Positions 1 to 9,455 of a DNA stretch of 64,000 bases are shown one piece after another (positions within the stretch are counted from its first letter, which is position 1; every line of letters starts with the position of its first letter). Source of the stretch: Massilia sp. PWRC2 (GTDB taxonomy: Bacteria; Pseudomonadota; Gammaproteobacteria; Burkholderiales; Burkholderiaceae_D); NCBI RefSeq assembly GCF_049896725.1, contig NZ_JAFCUW010000005.1:296515-360514 (forward strand), in the 5' to 3' direction. The notes below the pieces were generated by a model, which was given only the letters and a program-made list of their open reading frames with translations, did no database searches and was not told the DNA's origin. The position numbers and the translations under genes were made by a program.

Positions 1-997
1 GGCCGAGGCGATGGATGTGCAGGTGGCGATCCATTCCGACACCCTCAACGAAGCGGGTTTTCTGGAGAACACCCTGGCCGCCTTCAAGGGCCGCACCATC
101 CACACCTTTCACACCGAAGGCGCCGGCGGTGGCCATGCGCCCGACATCATCGCCGCCGTCGGCCAGTCGAATGTGCTGCCGTCGTCGACCAATCCGACCC
201 GGCCGTTCACCGTCAACACGCTCGACGAGCACCTCGACATGCTGATGGTGTGCCACCACCTCGACCCGGCGATTGCCGAAGATGTGGCGTTCGCCGAATC
301 GCGCATCCGCCGCGAAACCATCGCCGCCGAAGACATCCTGCACGACATGGGCGCCATCTCGATGATGTCGTCCGACTCGCAGGCCATGGGCAGGGTCGGT
401 GAGACCATCATGCGTACCTGGCAGAGCGCCCATAAAATGAAGCTGCAGCGCGGCGCGCTGGCGCCCGATGGCGAGCGCAATGACAATTTTCGGGTCAAAC
501 GGTATATCGCCAAGTACACCATCAACCCTGCCATCACCCACGGCATCGCGCACGTGGTCGGCTCCATCGAGGTGGGCAAGATCGCCGACCTGGTGCTGTG
601 GAAGCCGGCCTTTTTTGGCGTCAAGCCGTCGCTGATCGTCAAGGGCGGCATGATCGCCGCCGCCCAGATGGGCGACCCCAATGCCTCGATTCCCACGCCG
701 CAGCCGGTACACTACCGCCTGATGTTCGGCGCCTATGCTGGCGGCCTGAAAAAGTCGTTCACCTTTGTGTCGCAGGCAGCCTTCGATGCCGGCATCGGCG
801 AGCAGCTGGGGCTGAGCAAAACCGTCATTGCGGTCCACTCGACACGCGGCCTGAGCAAGGCCGACATGATCCACAACAGCGCCACCCCGCACATGCAGGT
901 CGATCCGGAAACCTATGAAGTACGCGCCGATGGCGAGCTGCTGGTGTGCGAAGCGGCGGCCGTGCTGCCGATGGCCCAACGTTATTTTCTGTTTTAG
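1..997 (+). CDS. ureC: Urease alpha subunit UreC, C-terminal part. The 5' end lies upstream of the window.
   Basis: The translation carries conserved urease alpha active-site region motifs ([25 protein letters not shown]) and a C-terminal ...RYFLF ending. The ORF is open to the window edge. Confidence 0.9.
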   Translation, partial: AEAMDVQVAIHSDTLNEAGFLENTLAAFKGRTIHTFHTEGAGGGHAPDIIAAVGQSNVLPSSTNPTRPFTVNTLDEHLDMLMVCHHLDPAIAEDVAFAESRIRRETIAAEDILHDMGAISMMSSDSQAMGRVGETIMRTWQSAHKMKLQRGALAPDGERNDNFRVKRYIAKYTINPAITHGIAHVVGSIEVGKIADLVLWKPAFFGVKPSLIVKGGMIAAAQMGDPNASIPTPQPVHYRLMFGAYAGGLKKSFTFVSQAAFDAGIGEQLGLSKTVIAVHSTRGLSKADMIHNSATPHMQVDPETYEVRADGELLVCEAAAVLPMAQRYFLF

Positions 998-1009
998 GAT
1001 GCGCCACCG

Positions 1010-1522
1010 ATGCTGACCTTTCACAGCAAGATCAAGAGCGCTGCGGCGCTCTACGGCACGCTCGTTCTGCCCTACGACCAGCGCGAAAAATGCCGCCTGC
1101 GCGCGCGCCTCGAATCGGGCGAAGAAGTGGCCATTTTTACCGTGCGCGGCACGCTGCTGCGCGATGGCGACCTGCTCACCGGTGAGCACGGCCAGGTGGT
1201 GCAGGTGCTGGCGGCGCTCGAGCCGACTTACGCCGTCCATTGCGACAGCGAGCACGCGCTGGTGCGCTGCGCTTACCACCTGGGCAATCGCCACACCCAG
1301 GTGGCGATCAGCGCCGGCGTGCTGCGCATGCGGGTCGATCCCGTGCTCAAGGAAATGGTCGAGGGCCTCGGCGCGCGCGTGCTGGCCGAGCGCGCCGTAT
1401 TCGAGCCGGAGGCGGGGGCCTACGCCGGCGCACATGCGGGCGCTGGCCACAGTCACGCCAGCGACCTGCTGGCGCCAGTACCGCTGCGCCAGCGCATCCA
1501 CCGCCCGGGCGACCCCGCTTGA
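1010..1522 (+). CDS. ureE: Urease accessory protein UreE (nickel metallochaperone).
   Basis: A 170 aa UreE-like sequence with a His-rich C-terminal tail (HAGAGHSHASD). It sits between ureC and ureF in canonical order. Confidence 0.88.
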   Translation: MLTFHSKIKSAAALYGTLVLPYDQREKCRLRARLESGEEVAIFTVRGTLLRDGDLLTGEHGQVVQVLAALEPTYAVHCDSEHALVRCAYHLGNRHTQVAISAGVLRMRVDPVLKEMVEGLGARVLAERAVFEPEAGAYAGAHAGAGHSHASDLLAPVPLRQRIHRPGDPA

Positions 1523-2184
1523 ACGCTGCGGCCCTGCTGCATTTGCTGCAGTTTGCCAGCCCGGCGCTGCCGATCGGCGGGTACAGCTATTCGCAGGGAT
1601 TGGAAACGGCCATCGAGCGCGGCCTGGTGGTCGACGCGGCCAGTGCGCGTGCCTGGATTGCCGCTTACCTGGCGCTGGTGATGGCGCGCTGGGATGGGCC
1701 GCTGCTGTGGCGCCTGATGCGCGCGTTTGCAGCCGGCGACATGGCCACGGTGGCCTTGTGGAGTGAACGTTTTATCGCCTCGCGCGACTGCGCCGAACTG
1801 CGCGCCGAAACAATCCAGATGGGTTATTCGCTGACCCGGCTGCTCGACGAACTGGCGCTGGGCGCGGTGGCGCGGCTCGGGGCCGAAGTATCGCTGCCGA
1901 CCGCCTTCGCCTGCGCCGTCGACGCCCTCGCCATCGATCACGGCGACGCCCTGGTCGCTTCGCTGTTTGCCTGGGCCGAAAACCAGGTGCTGGTGTGCGT
2001 CAAATCGGTGCCGCTGGGGCAGGTGGCCGGCCAGCGCCTGCTGCTGTCGCTGGCCCCCGACATCGAAGCGGCCGCCGCCGTCGCGCGCTCGTTGGCGGAC
2101 GAAGAGATGTCGAACTGGGCGCCCGGTTTATCTATCCTGTCGATGCAACACGAAGTGCAGCACGGTCGGCTGTACCGATCTTGA
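1519..2184 (+). CDS. ureF: Urease accessory protein UreF.
   Basis: The UreF-like sequence [20 protein letters not shown] is present. The likely start is TTG at 1519, overlapping the ureE stop. The N-terminal extension of the tracked ORF 1240..2184 is ureE read in another frame. Confidence 0.8.
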   Translation: MNAAALLHLLQFASPALPIGGYSYSQGLETAIERGLVVDAASARAWIAAYLALVMARWDGPLLWRLMRAFAAGDMATVALWSERFIASRDCAELRAETIQMGYSLTRLLDELALGAVARLGAEVSLPTAFACAVDALAIDHGDALVASLFAWAENQVLVCVKSVPLGQVAGQRLLLSLAPDIEAAAAVARSLADEEMSNWAPGLSILSMQHEVQHGRLYRS

Positions 2185-2210
2185 TCAACCATGTAGACGA
2201 AAGCACCATC

Positions 2211-2831
2211 ATGACTTCCAATCCCCTGCGCGTCGGTATCGGCGGCCCGGTCGGCTCCGGCAAGACCGCCCTGTGCGAGATGCTGTGCAAGGCCATGCGC
2301 GATCAGTACGACATGGCCGTCATCACCAACGATATTTATACGCGCGAAGACATGGATATATTGCTGCGTGCCGGCGCGCTGCCGGCTGAGCGCCTGATGG
2401 GGGTGGAGACGGGCGGTTGCCCGCACACGGCGATCCGCGAAGACGCCTCCATCAACCTCGAAGCGATCGCCCGCATGCAGGCCGATTTTCCCCACCTCGA
2501 CCTGATCTTGATCGAGTCGGGCGGCGACAACCTGGCCGCCACCTTCAGCCCGGAACTGTCTGACCTGACCCTGTACGTGATCGATGTGGCCGGCGGTGAA
2601 AAGATTCCGCGCAAGGGCGGACCGGGCATCACCCGCTCCGACCTGTTGATCATCAATAAGACCGATCTGGCGCCGCACGTGGGCGCCGACCTGGCGGTGA
2701 TGGCGCGCGACGCCGCCGCCCAGCGCGGCGCGGGGCCGTTCATCTTCACCAATTTGCGCAGCGGTGAGGGGGTGGCGGCGGTGGTGGCGTTTATTCGCGA
2801 GCAGGGCTTGCTGGAGCTCGCTGCTACATGA
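2211..2831 (+). CDS. ureG: Urease accessory GTPase UreG.
   Basis: There is a P-loop GGPVGSGKT and a characteristic UreG sequence (ESGGDNL, NKTDLA). An ATG at 2211 is in frame with tracked ORF 1995..2831. Confidence 0.95.
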   Translation: MTSNPLRVGIGGPVGSGKTALCEMLCKAMRDQYDMAVITNDIYTREDMDILLRAGALPAERLMGVETGGCPHTAIREDASINLEAIARMQADFPHLDLILIESGGDNLAATFSPELSDLTLYVIDVAGGEKIPRKGGPGITRSDLLIINKTDLAPHVGADLAVMARDAAAQRGAGPFIFTNLRSGEGVAAVVAFIREQGLLELAAT

Positions 2832-2835
2832 GTGT

Positions 2836-3441
2836 TCAGCGCTGGCGCGGCGGCGCCAGCACGATCGGCGCCTCGCATGCGGGAAAGCGGCCATGGCGGC
2901 CCGCATAGGCGCGCGCGATGGCGGCCATGTCGGCGGCCTGGTCGCCAGTGAGCAGCAGGCTGTCGACCAGCCCCAGTTCCTTGTTGGGATAATCGATGTA
3001 CACCAGCAGCAGCGGCACGCGGGCGGCGCGGGCCAAATGATAAAAGCCGCTGCGCCAGTGCGGCTTGTAGCCGCGCGTCGCTTCCGGGGTGATGGCGACC
3101 CAGCACCATGGCGCTGCCCGCATGGCGGCGGCCAGCCGTTCGGTGGCGCCGCTGCTGGTGGAACGCTCGACCGCCATGCCGCCCCAGTGGCGCATCAGCA
3201 CCCCCAGCGGTCCCTTGAACAGGCTGTCCTTGCCCAGCCAGCGAAACGGCAGGCCGATCGCCCACTTGGTGAGCAGGCCGACGATAAAATCCCAGTTCGA
3301 GGTGTGCGGATAGACCACCAGCAGGCCGTGCGGCCCCGGCAGGGGCTTGAAGCGCACCTGCCAGCCGGCCAGGTGCAACAGGCGCAAGGCCGCGCGCTGG
3401 CGCCAGCCGGGCAGGGTCGCACTGAGCAGGTAATCGTTCAT
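2836..3441 (-). CDS. Lysophospholipid / 1-acyl-sn-glycerol-3-phosphate acyltransferase family protein (PlsC-like).
   Basis: A 201 aa sequence from MNDYLL... with an HTSNWD motif (HxxxxD acyltransferase motif) and a PEATRG-like motif. Confidence 0.75.
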   Translation of the reverse strand: MNDYLLSATLPGWRQRAALRLLHLAGWQVRFKPLPGPHGLLVVYPHTSNWDFIVGLLTKWAIGLPFRWLGKDSLFKGPLGVLMRHWGGMAVERSTSSGATERLAAAMRAAPWCWVAITPEATRGYKPHWRSGFYHLARAARVPLLLVYIDYPNKELGLVDSLLLTGDQAADMAAIARAYAGRHGRFPACEAPIVLAPPRQR

Positions 3442-3583
3442 CGTCTCTCCCCCGCAAGCACGCGCACTGAGTGCAACCGGCGCCCGTGCTATGTGTTTCG
3501 GATATTGCAAATGGGAGCGTATTTTAACGATTCGACTTGTTGCACGCAAGAATGTTTGGCCCTGCCGATGCTGTGTTCAAGCG

Positions 3584-4786
3584 TTAATTTTGCGCCGCAT
3601 GCTGAAGGGCGCCGATGTCGACCCCGCCAGCGCTGCTGCGGCGCACGCCGTTGAAATCGACCGGATGGGCATGCCTGAATTCACCTTTGCCGATGGCCGC
3701 CGAGGCCGCCGCCAGGCGCAGGTCGGGCATGCCCTGGCGGCGGTAGTCGATGAAGCCGGGGTCGGCCGTGACCGTGCCGACGTCGCGCATGCCTTTGGCC
3801 AGGCTCCAGTTGTCGCCCGTGTTACTGAACACCAGGTTGTTGCGGTACACATTGTTGTTGCCGGTCTGGCCCCGTTCGACGATGCCATCGACGTTGTCGT
3901 AGACGATGTTGTTGCTGACGTCAGTGAAATCGTTGATCCCAGGCTTGCCATAAAAATCGCCGCCACCGACCAGGATGCCCGTATGGGCGCCGGTGATCGT
4001 GTTGTTGAGCACGCGTACATGGTGGGCGTCGTGCCACAGGAAAATGCCGACATTGCCGCTGCGAAAAACGAGATTGTTGGCCACCAGCGCCGTGGTGTGA
4101 ATGGCGATGCCCTGCGGCGACGGGCAATCGCTGTTGCCGATGTCATAGATTTTATTGCCGATGACTTCGCCTTCAACTCCCTTGAAATAGCTCTCGATGG
4201 TGATGCCGGCGCCTTCGCTGGCGGCACAGGGGGCGCCGTTGGCGAGGTGGTGGACCAGGTTGTGGCGCAGCGAATCGAAGGCGCCGGCGCTGTACAGTCC
4301 ATTGTGCCAGCGCACGCCGCCCTGGTGGGCGCTGCCATCGATGTCAAAGCCGACGATGTCGACATAGCTGCCGCGGTTGTCCCAGGCGGTGGCGTTGACC
4401 GATTGCGGCGGCGGCACGATGCGGGCATGGCCGGGACGGCTGGCGATGTAATAGATGCGCTCGCTGGCGGTGCCGCTGGCGGTGGTCTTGAAACCCCCTG
4501 CATAATTACCCGGTGCGACGTGGATGGTGGTGCCGGGAAAGGCCACCTGGGCGGCCCGCTCGATGCTCAAAAACGGCGCCGACTGGCTGCCCAGATTGCT
4601 GTCCGAGCCATTGCTGGCGACGTACAGGTGGTAGGCAGTCGGTGGTGCCAGCGGCATCTCGGGCCCGGCCTGCGAGGCTGCGCCGGGGCTGCAGGCGGCC
4701 AGGGCGAACAGGGTCAGCGGAGTGAGCAGAGTCAGCAGAGTCAGCAGAGTCAGCAGGAAGCAGCGGCGGGGTGGAAGGGTGAGCAT
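3584..4786 (-). CDS. Secreted right-handed parallel beta-helix (pectate-lyase-like) repeat lipoprotein.
   Basis: A lipoprotein-type signal (MLTLPPRR...LFALAAC) is followed by repeated NN(I/L)(V/I)xxN and GIxLxxG beta-helix repeat motifs. The signal peptide contains a 9-bp coding tandem repeat that encodes (LLT)n. Confidence 0.7.
   Translation of the reverse strand: MLTLPPRRCFLLTLLTLLTLLTPLTLFALAACSPGAASQAGPEMPLAPPTAYHLYVASNGSDSNLGSQSAPFLSIERAAQVAFPGTTIHVAPGNYAGGFKTTASGTASERIYYIASRPGHARIVPPPQSVNATAWDNRGSYVDIVGFDIDGSAHQGGVRWHNGLYSAGAFDSLRHNLVHHLANGAPCAASEGAGITIESYFKGVEGEVIGNKIYDIGNSDCPSPQGIAIHTTALVANNLVFRSGNVGIFLWHDAHHVRVLNNTITGAHTGILVGGGDFYGKPGINDFTDVSNNIVYDNVDGIVERGQTGNNNVYRNNLVFSNTGDNWSLAKGMRDVGTVTADPGFIDYRRQGMPDLRLAAASAAIGKGEFRHAHPVDFNGVRRSSAGGVDIGALQHAAQN
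4712..4757. repeat. 9-bp tandem repeat (cagagtcag-like) of about 4-5 units inside the signal peptide of the beta-helix lipoprotein; it encodes LLTLLTLLT.
   Basis: Read directly in the sequence gagcagagtcagcagagtcagcagagtcagcag. Confidence 0.85.
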
Positions 4787-4947
4787 GGCAATTTTCCTGG
4801 TCAAGGGACGAACCGCCCAAGTTTGAACCAATCCAAACGCCGCGCATTGCGACTGGCGCAAGCTTGCGTCTGATCGCTAAAAATGACGCTGCGCTTGCGT
4901 GTTGGCACAACATCAAGCGAACGTTTAGGCTAGCGCTTATTTCGCGA

Positions 4948-4987
4948 CCATCAACCATCAACCATCAACCATCAACCATCACCGATC
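4948..4987. repeat. Heptanucleotide tandem repeat (AACCATC) x about 5 in the 5' leader, immediately upstream of the RBS of the aldo-keto reductase gene.
   Basis: The sequence reads ccatcaaccatcaaccatcaaccatcaaccatcacc. It is followed by the RBS aaggagg at 4991-4997 and the ATG at 5002. Confidence 0.85.
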
Positions 4988-5001
4988 ATGAAGGAGGCGC
5001 C

Positions 5002-5835
5002 ATGCGCAGATTGAGCATGCCCGGTGGCCGCAGCATTGCCGTGCTGGGCCAGGGCACCTGGAATATGGGCGAAGATCCCACCGAACAACAGCGCGAAGCC
5101 AATGCCTTGCGGCTCGGTCTCGATCTGGGTCTGGGCTTGATCGACACTGCCGAAATGTATGGCGAAGGCGGCGCCGAGCAGGTGGTGGCAGCGGCCCTGG
5201 CCGGCCGCCGCGATGAGGCCTACATCGTCAGCAAGGTCTATCCACACAACGCCGGCCTGCGCGCGGTGCAGCAGGCGTGCGAGCGCAGTTTGCGGCGCCT
5301 GAATACCGACCGCATCGATTTATATTTGCTGCACTGGCGCGGCGACGTCCCGCTGGCCGAGACCTTTGCCGGTTTCGCCGCGCTCAAGGCGGCCGGCAAG
5401 ATCGTCGATTATGGCGTCAGCAATTTCGACCGCGACGACCTGGTCGAGGCGCACGCCAGCGCCGGTGGCGCAGCGCTGGCGGTCAACCAGGTGCTCTATA
5501 ACCTGGCGCGCCGCGGCATCGAGTGGGATGTGCTGCCATGGTGCCGCCAGCAGCGCATGCCGCTGATGGCGTACAGCCCCCTCGAGCAGGGCGGCATGCT
5601 GGGCCACGCCACCCTGCGCGCGATCGCCTCGCTGCGCGGCGCCACCCCGGCCCAGGTGGCGCTGGCCTGGCTGCTGCGCCAGGACGGGGTGGTCGCCATT
5701 CCCAAGGCGGTCGAGGCGCGCCATGTGCGCGAAAACGCTGCCGCCCTGCAACTGCAACTGGGCAGCGAAGACCTGGCCGCGCTCGACGCCGCCTTTGCGC
5801 CACCACGGCGGGCGACGCCGCTGGCGATGCGCTAA
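5002..5835 (+). CDS. Aldo/keto reductase family oxidoreductase.
   Basis: The 277 aa sequence carries the AKR catalytic tetrad region (D..Y..K..H) within the motifs DTAEMYG, SKV and LYLLHW. There is a strong RBS AAGGAGG 4 nt upstream. Confidence 0.85.
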   Translation: MRRLSMPGGRSIAVLGQGTWNMGEDPTEQQREANALRLGLDLGLGLIDTAEMYGEGGAEQVVAAALAGRRDEAYIVSKVYPHNAGLRAVQQACERSLRRLNTDRIDLYLLHWRGDVPLAETFAGFAALKAAGKIVDYGVSNFDRDDLVEAHASAGGAALAVNQVLYNLARRGIEWDVLPWCRQQRMPLMAYSPLEQGGMLGHATLRAIASLRGATPAQVALAWLLRQDGVVAIPKAVEARHVRENAAALQLQLGSEDLAALDAAFAPPRRATPLAMR

Positions 5836-6602
5836 CTGGCGTTGATCAGGCTTACCCGCTGGCCGATGAGATAGAGCGGATTGGAGACCATGGCGGCGCC
5901 GCTGTAGGTGGCGTCATGGCCGCACTGGCCGCAGGTATGGCGGCGGTGCGCGCGGACGGCGAACGGTCCCAGGTCCAGGTGCGGATAACCGCAGCGCGCG
6001 CAGTCGACGCAGCCATCGGCGTGGGCCATGGCGGCCAGCGCCGGCGGCGTGACGTTCAGACGGGTGATGGCACTCTGGCGGAACAGGCCAGCCACGGCCA
6101 GCGCCAGCGCCGGCACGCTGGCCTCCACCCCGGCGCCGCGCACGTCGATGACGTCGCCGCGCAATGTCAGGCACAAGCGCTGTTGTCCCCCGGCCTGCTC
6201 CGGCGGTAGCGCCAGCAGCAGCGGCCCGCGCACCAGCTGCAGCGGCAGCGCCGCCGCGTGGCAGCGATCGTCGGCGCGCGCCAGGTCGGCCTTGACGCCC
6301 CAGTAGGTCTGGTGTGACACGCACCACCAGCGTGCGGCGCCATGGCGAAATTTACCGGCCGCGGTCAGCCGGCAGTCGACCAGGCCGGCGTCCAGATGCC
6401 CGCGCAGGCGGTTGTCGGCGACGGCGATGTGGCCGACGGTGGCGCTGGCGGACCAGGCGATGGCGTCGGTTTCACGCTCACCCGCGCCGGCAGCGGTTTC
6501 ACGCTCACCGGCGCCGGCAGCGGTTTCACGCTCACCGGCGCCGGCAGCGGTTTGATGGCCGCAGCGCGCTGGATCGCCGCACAGCCCTTGATCGCCGCTC
6601 AA
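5832..6602 (-). CDS. Hypothetical Cys-rich protein (possible Zn-binding) with N-terminal 9-aa repeats (TAAGAGERE x3).
   Basis: The 256 aa ORF has a start that overlaps the pepN stop by 4 bp, suggesting translational coupling. A C-terminal CxxC...CGQCGH cluster is present. I recognise no family with confidence. Confidence 0.45.
   Translation of the reverse strand: MSGDQGLCGDPARCGHQTAAGAGERETAAGAGERETAAGAGERETDAIAWSASATVGHIAVADNRLRGHLDAGLVDCRLTAAGKFRHGAARWWCVSHQTYWGVKADLARADDRCHAAALPLQLVRGPLLLALPPEQAGGQQRLCLTLRGDVIDVRGAGVEASVPALALAVAGLFRQSAITRLNVTPPALAAMAHADGCVDCARCGYPHLDLGPFAVRAHRRHTCGQCGHDATYSGAAMVSNPLYLIGQRVSLINAS
6468..6552. repeat. 27-bp perfect tandem repeat x3 inside the 5' end of the hypothetical CDS.
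   Basis: The unit cggtttcacgctcaccggcgccggcag occurs three times. Confidence 0.85.
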
Positions 6603-9316
6603 CTTTTCGGCGCCCCCGTCGTCATCGCCCGGCTGATGCTCACGCAGCGCTGGTCTTCTTCGCGCAGCGTGAGCAGGGCGCGGCGGGTGCCGGCCGACAG
6701 TTGCGCAAAGCTGGCGCTGGAGGCGGCGCTGTCGAGCCGCTTGACGCTGGCCGCACTGCAGGTGGCCGGGATCATCTCGGTGTAGCTGCGCATGAACACG
6801 GGACCGGCCACCTTGTCGAGCTCCGCCAGGCTGGCCAGGCGGGCCGCGGCGGTCGCTTCACTGAGCGCCTTCTGCTCGACCGGATAAAGGCTGTAGATGG
6901 CCACCCGCACCTTGGAGAATGGCAGCGCGGTTTTCTGGTCCTGCACCCGGGCCAGCCATTCCTGCTTGGTGGCCGCATCGGGCCGCGAGATGGTGGCGGC
7001 CAGCGCCTGCGCCTGGCCGGCGTCGGATTTGTCGCGCAGCCGTTCGGCTGTGACCAGTGCTTCACTGCCTGCATAGGCGAAGCGGTTCAGGCGCGTGATC
7101 AGGCTCCAGCGCTGGTCCTGGCCGATCTCCAGTCCGGCCACCTTGAGCGAGCCGTCGAGCAGTCCGGCCAGCCGCGCCAGCGCGGCGCGGCTGCTGGCGT
7201 TGTTCACATAAAAGCTGAACCAGCGGCGCTGAAAATTGCTGTTGTCGCTGTGTGCTTCGATGGCGCGCCAGCTGGTCTCTTCCAGCTGCGTGCCGATCGC
7301 ATTGGCGTAGGCCGGGGCGGCCTGCATGGCGTCGAGGTAGTGCTTGGCGCTGCCCAGCATGCCCAGCTCACTGCCCAGCAGCGTGTAGTCGCGTTCCTGC
7401 GGCGCGTTGGCCAGGGCAGTTTTGATAAAGTCATTGAGCGGCAGCTGGCCATCGCGCACGCCATCCCACAGGCTTTGCCACAGCATCGCGCGCAGCAGCG
7501 GATCGTCGACGCCGGCGACGCTGGCCTGGGCGGTGGCGAACGATTTTTTATCCAGCTGTACCTTGGCGAAGCCCCAGTCCTGGTAGTTCGGGTAGACCAG
7601 GTCGGGACAGGCGCTGCCGATGAGTGCCGGCACGGCGCTGACGGCGCCGCTGTAGGTGACGGCGGTGACGGCGGCGACGGCGAGCTTGCCGCCGCTTTGG
7701 CGGAAGGTGGCGATCTGCACGCGCTGTTCGCGCAGGGCAGGCAGGCTGGCCTTGGCCGATTGGGTCAGGCTAAAGCTGCTCACCTTGCCGGCGTTGCAGC
7801 GGTAGCTGGCGGCGATGGTGTTCACGCCCGCCTGGTAGAGCCACTGGCGGGTCCACGGGGTCAGGTCGCGGCCGGCCGCGTCGCCCAGGCTGCCGATAAA
7901 ATCGTCGAGGCGGGCGTTCTTAAACGCGTATTTTTGCAGGTAGTTGTGAACGCCCGTGCGGAATACCTCATCGCCCAGCAGGTGACGCAGCTGCATCAGG
8001 GTGGACGCGCCTTTGGCATAGGTGATGGCGTCGATATTGTCGAAGGCGTTGGCGGTCGATGGCACTGGCACTTCGATCGGATGGGTGGCCAGCGACTGGT
8101 CGGTGGCATACGCCCCCTGTTTGGCGCCGCTGTAGAAGGACAGCCAGGCGTGCTTGAATTCGGTCGCTTCGGCCACCGCCATGGTGCCCATGAAGGACGC
8201 AAAACTCTCGTTGAGCCACAGGCCATTCCACCACTTCATGGTCACCAGGTCGCCGAACCACTGGTGTGCCATCTCGTGCATGATGGTGCCGGCCAGCCCC
8301 TCGCGCTGGGCTTGGGTGGTGGGTGGCTGGTGCAGGAAGCCGCGCTCGCCGAAGGTGACGGCGCCGGCGTTTTCCATGGCGCCGTAGAGGAAGTCCGGCA
8401 CCAGCAGCTGATCGTATTTTTCCCACTGATAGGGCACGCCAAAATACTGCTCGAAGAAGGTCAAACCAGCCTTGGTGAACTTGAACCAGTCGCCCGGTTC
8501 CACCTGCGCGGCGACCGACTGGCGGGCGAACAGGCGCATCGGATAGGGCCCGCTATGGTCTTCCCACACCTTGTAAGGCCCCGCGTGCAGCGAAAAATTG
8601 TAAGGGCTGAGGACCTTGGAGACGGGGAAGCTCCAGCGGCGCGTGGCGGCGCTGGGGCTGCCAGTGCTATTGTCAGTGACCGCGCTGATGCTGCTTTCGC
8701 GGCGGGTCGACACCACCACCCAGTCGGCCGGCGCCGTCACGGTCAGCTCAAAGGTTGCCTTCAGGTCGGGTTGGTCGAACAGGGCGAACATCTGGTGGGC
8801 AGCGGCCGGCTCGAAGTGCGAATAGGTGTAGACCCTGCCATCGGCGGGATCGACCATGCGGTGCAGGCCTTCGCCGTTGGTGCTGTGGGCACGCGTGTAC
8901 TGCACCACCACGCTGTTGCGGCCGGCGACCAGGTCGGCGCCGGCAATGGTGATGAAAAACTGGTTGTAGTCGGCGGCGACGGCCTTGCCGTTGACGGTGA
9001 CGGCAGTCAGATTGGCCTTGTCCAGATCGATCGTCAGCGGCGCGCTGGCGTCGGTCAGGTCGAAATCGATGCGGCTGGTGGCGGCGAAATCGGCCTTGCC
9101 CGTCAGCGTAAAGTCGAGCACGTAGGCCACGTGCGAGACGCGCGCAGCGCGGGCGGCGGCATCCTGCTCGGTCAGATAGGTATTGACGGCGCGGCTGCTC
9201 ACGACAGGGGCGGTGGCGGCCATGGCGCTGGAGGTGCTGAAGGTGCTCAATGTGCCTAAAGTGCTCAAGGCACCGAAGACGGCAAGGACGGCGAGGCGGC
9301 GGGCAAATGGGATCAC
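6599..9316 (-). CDS. pepN: Aminopeptidase N (M1 family zinc metallopeptidase), secreted/periplasmic.
   Basis: It has the GAMEN motif and the HEMAHQWFG...E zinc motif. The proposed GTG start at 9316 gives the signal peptide M-IPFARRLAVLAVFGALS...SSAMA, with the RBS aagga upstream. Confidence 0.93.
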   Translation of the reverse strand: MIPFARRLAVLAVFGALSTLGTLSTFSTSSAMAATAPVVSSRAVNTYLTEQDAAARAARVSHVAYVLDFTLTGKADFAATSRIDFDLTDASAPLTIDLDKANLTAVTVNGKAVAADYNQFFITIAGADLVAGRNSVVVQYTRAHSTNGEGLHRMVDPADGRVYTYSHFEPAAAHQMFALFDQPDLKATFELTVTAPADWVVVSTRRESSISAVTDNSTGSPSAATRRWSFPVSKVLSPYNFSLHAGPYKVWEDHSGPYPMRLFARQSVAAQVEPGDWFKFTKAGLTFFEQYFGVPYQWEKYDQLLVPDFLYGAMENAGAVTFGERGFLHQPPTTQAQREGLAGTIMHEMAHQWFGDLVTMKWWNGLWLNESFASFMGTMAVAEATEFKHAWLSFYSGAKQGAYATDQSLATHPIEVPVPSTANAFDNIDAITYAKGASTLMQLRHLLGDEVFRTGVHNYLQKYAFKNARLDDFIGSLGDAAGRDLTPWTRQWLYQAGVNTIAASYRCNAGKVSSFSLTQSAKASLPALREQRVQIATFRQSGGKLAVAAVTAVTYSGAVSAVPALIGSACPDLVYPNYQDWGFAKVQLDKKSFATAQASVAGVDDPLLRAMLWQSLWDGVRDGQLPLNDFIKTALANAPQERDYTLLGSELGMLGSAKHYLDAMQAAPAYANAIGTQLEETSWRAIEAHSDNSNFQRRWFSFYVNNASSRAALARLAGLLDGSLKVAGLEIGQDQRWSLITRLNRFAYAGSEALVTAERLRDKSDAGQAQALAATISRPDAATKQEWLARVQDQKTALPFSKVRVAIYSLYPVEQKALSEATAAARLASLAELDKVAGPVFMRSYTEMIPATCSAASVKRLDSAASSASFAQLSAGTRRALLTLREEDQRCVSISRAMTTGAPKS

Positions 9317-9455
9317 GATGTTCCTTCGGCTGATGGTGCCAAAAGAATAGCATGGCATATTGCCGATGCACATCGCGAATTGATATGCATGTCGGCGACC
9401 AATTAAAAAGGGCACAGAGCGGCTGCCGCTCTGTGCCCTCGGTCATGCCGACAAC

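Noticed and set aside
1240-2184. A 314-aa ORF with a long N-terminal extension upstream of ureF.
   Set aside because: Only the distal part (from TTG 1519) is UreF. The upstream 93 codons overlap ureE in another frame and are Arg/Ala-rich. The start was adjusted to 1519.
2336-3457. A 373-aa ORF on the minus strand spanning ureG and the PlsC-like gene.
   Set aside because: It crosses two well-supported genes in the wrong frame. It is an Arg/Ala/Gly-rich artefact.
3491-4873. A 460-aa ORF on the + strand, plus nested ORFs 3577..4503 - and 3921..4127 -.
   Set aside because: It is entirely antisense to, or out of frame with, the beta-helix lipoprotein gene (3584-4786 -). The translation is low-complexity and Ala/Gly/Arg-rich, with no motifs. 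This is the typical high-GC shadow ORF.
6314-9259. A 981-aa ORF on the + strand.
   Set aside because: It is the antisense shadow of pepN (6599-9316 -). The pepN frame carries the unmistakable GAMEN and HEXXH-E motifs. The + frame translation is Arg/Gly-rich nonsense.
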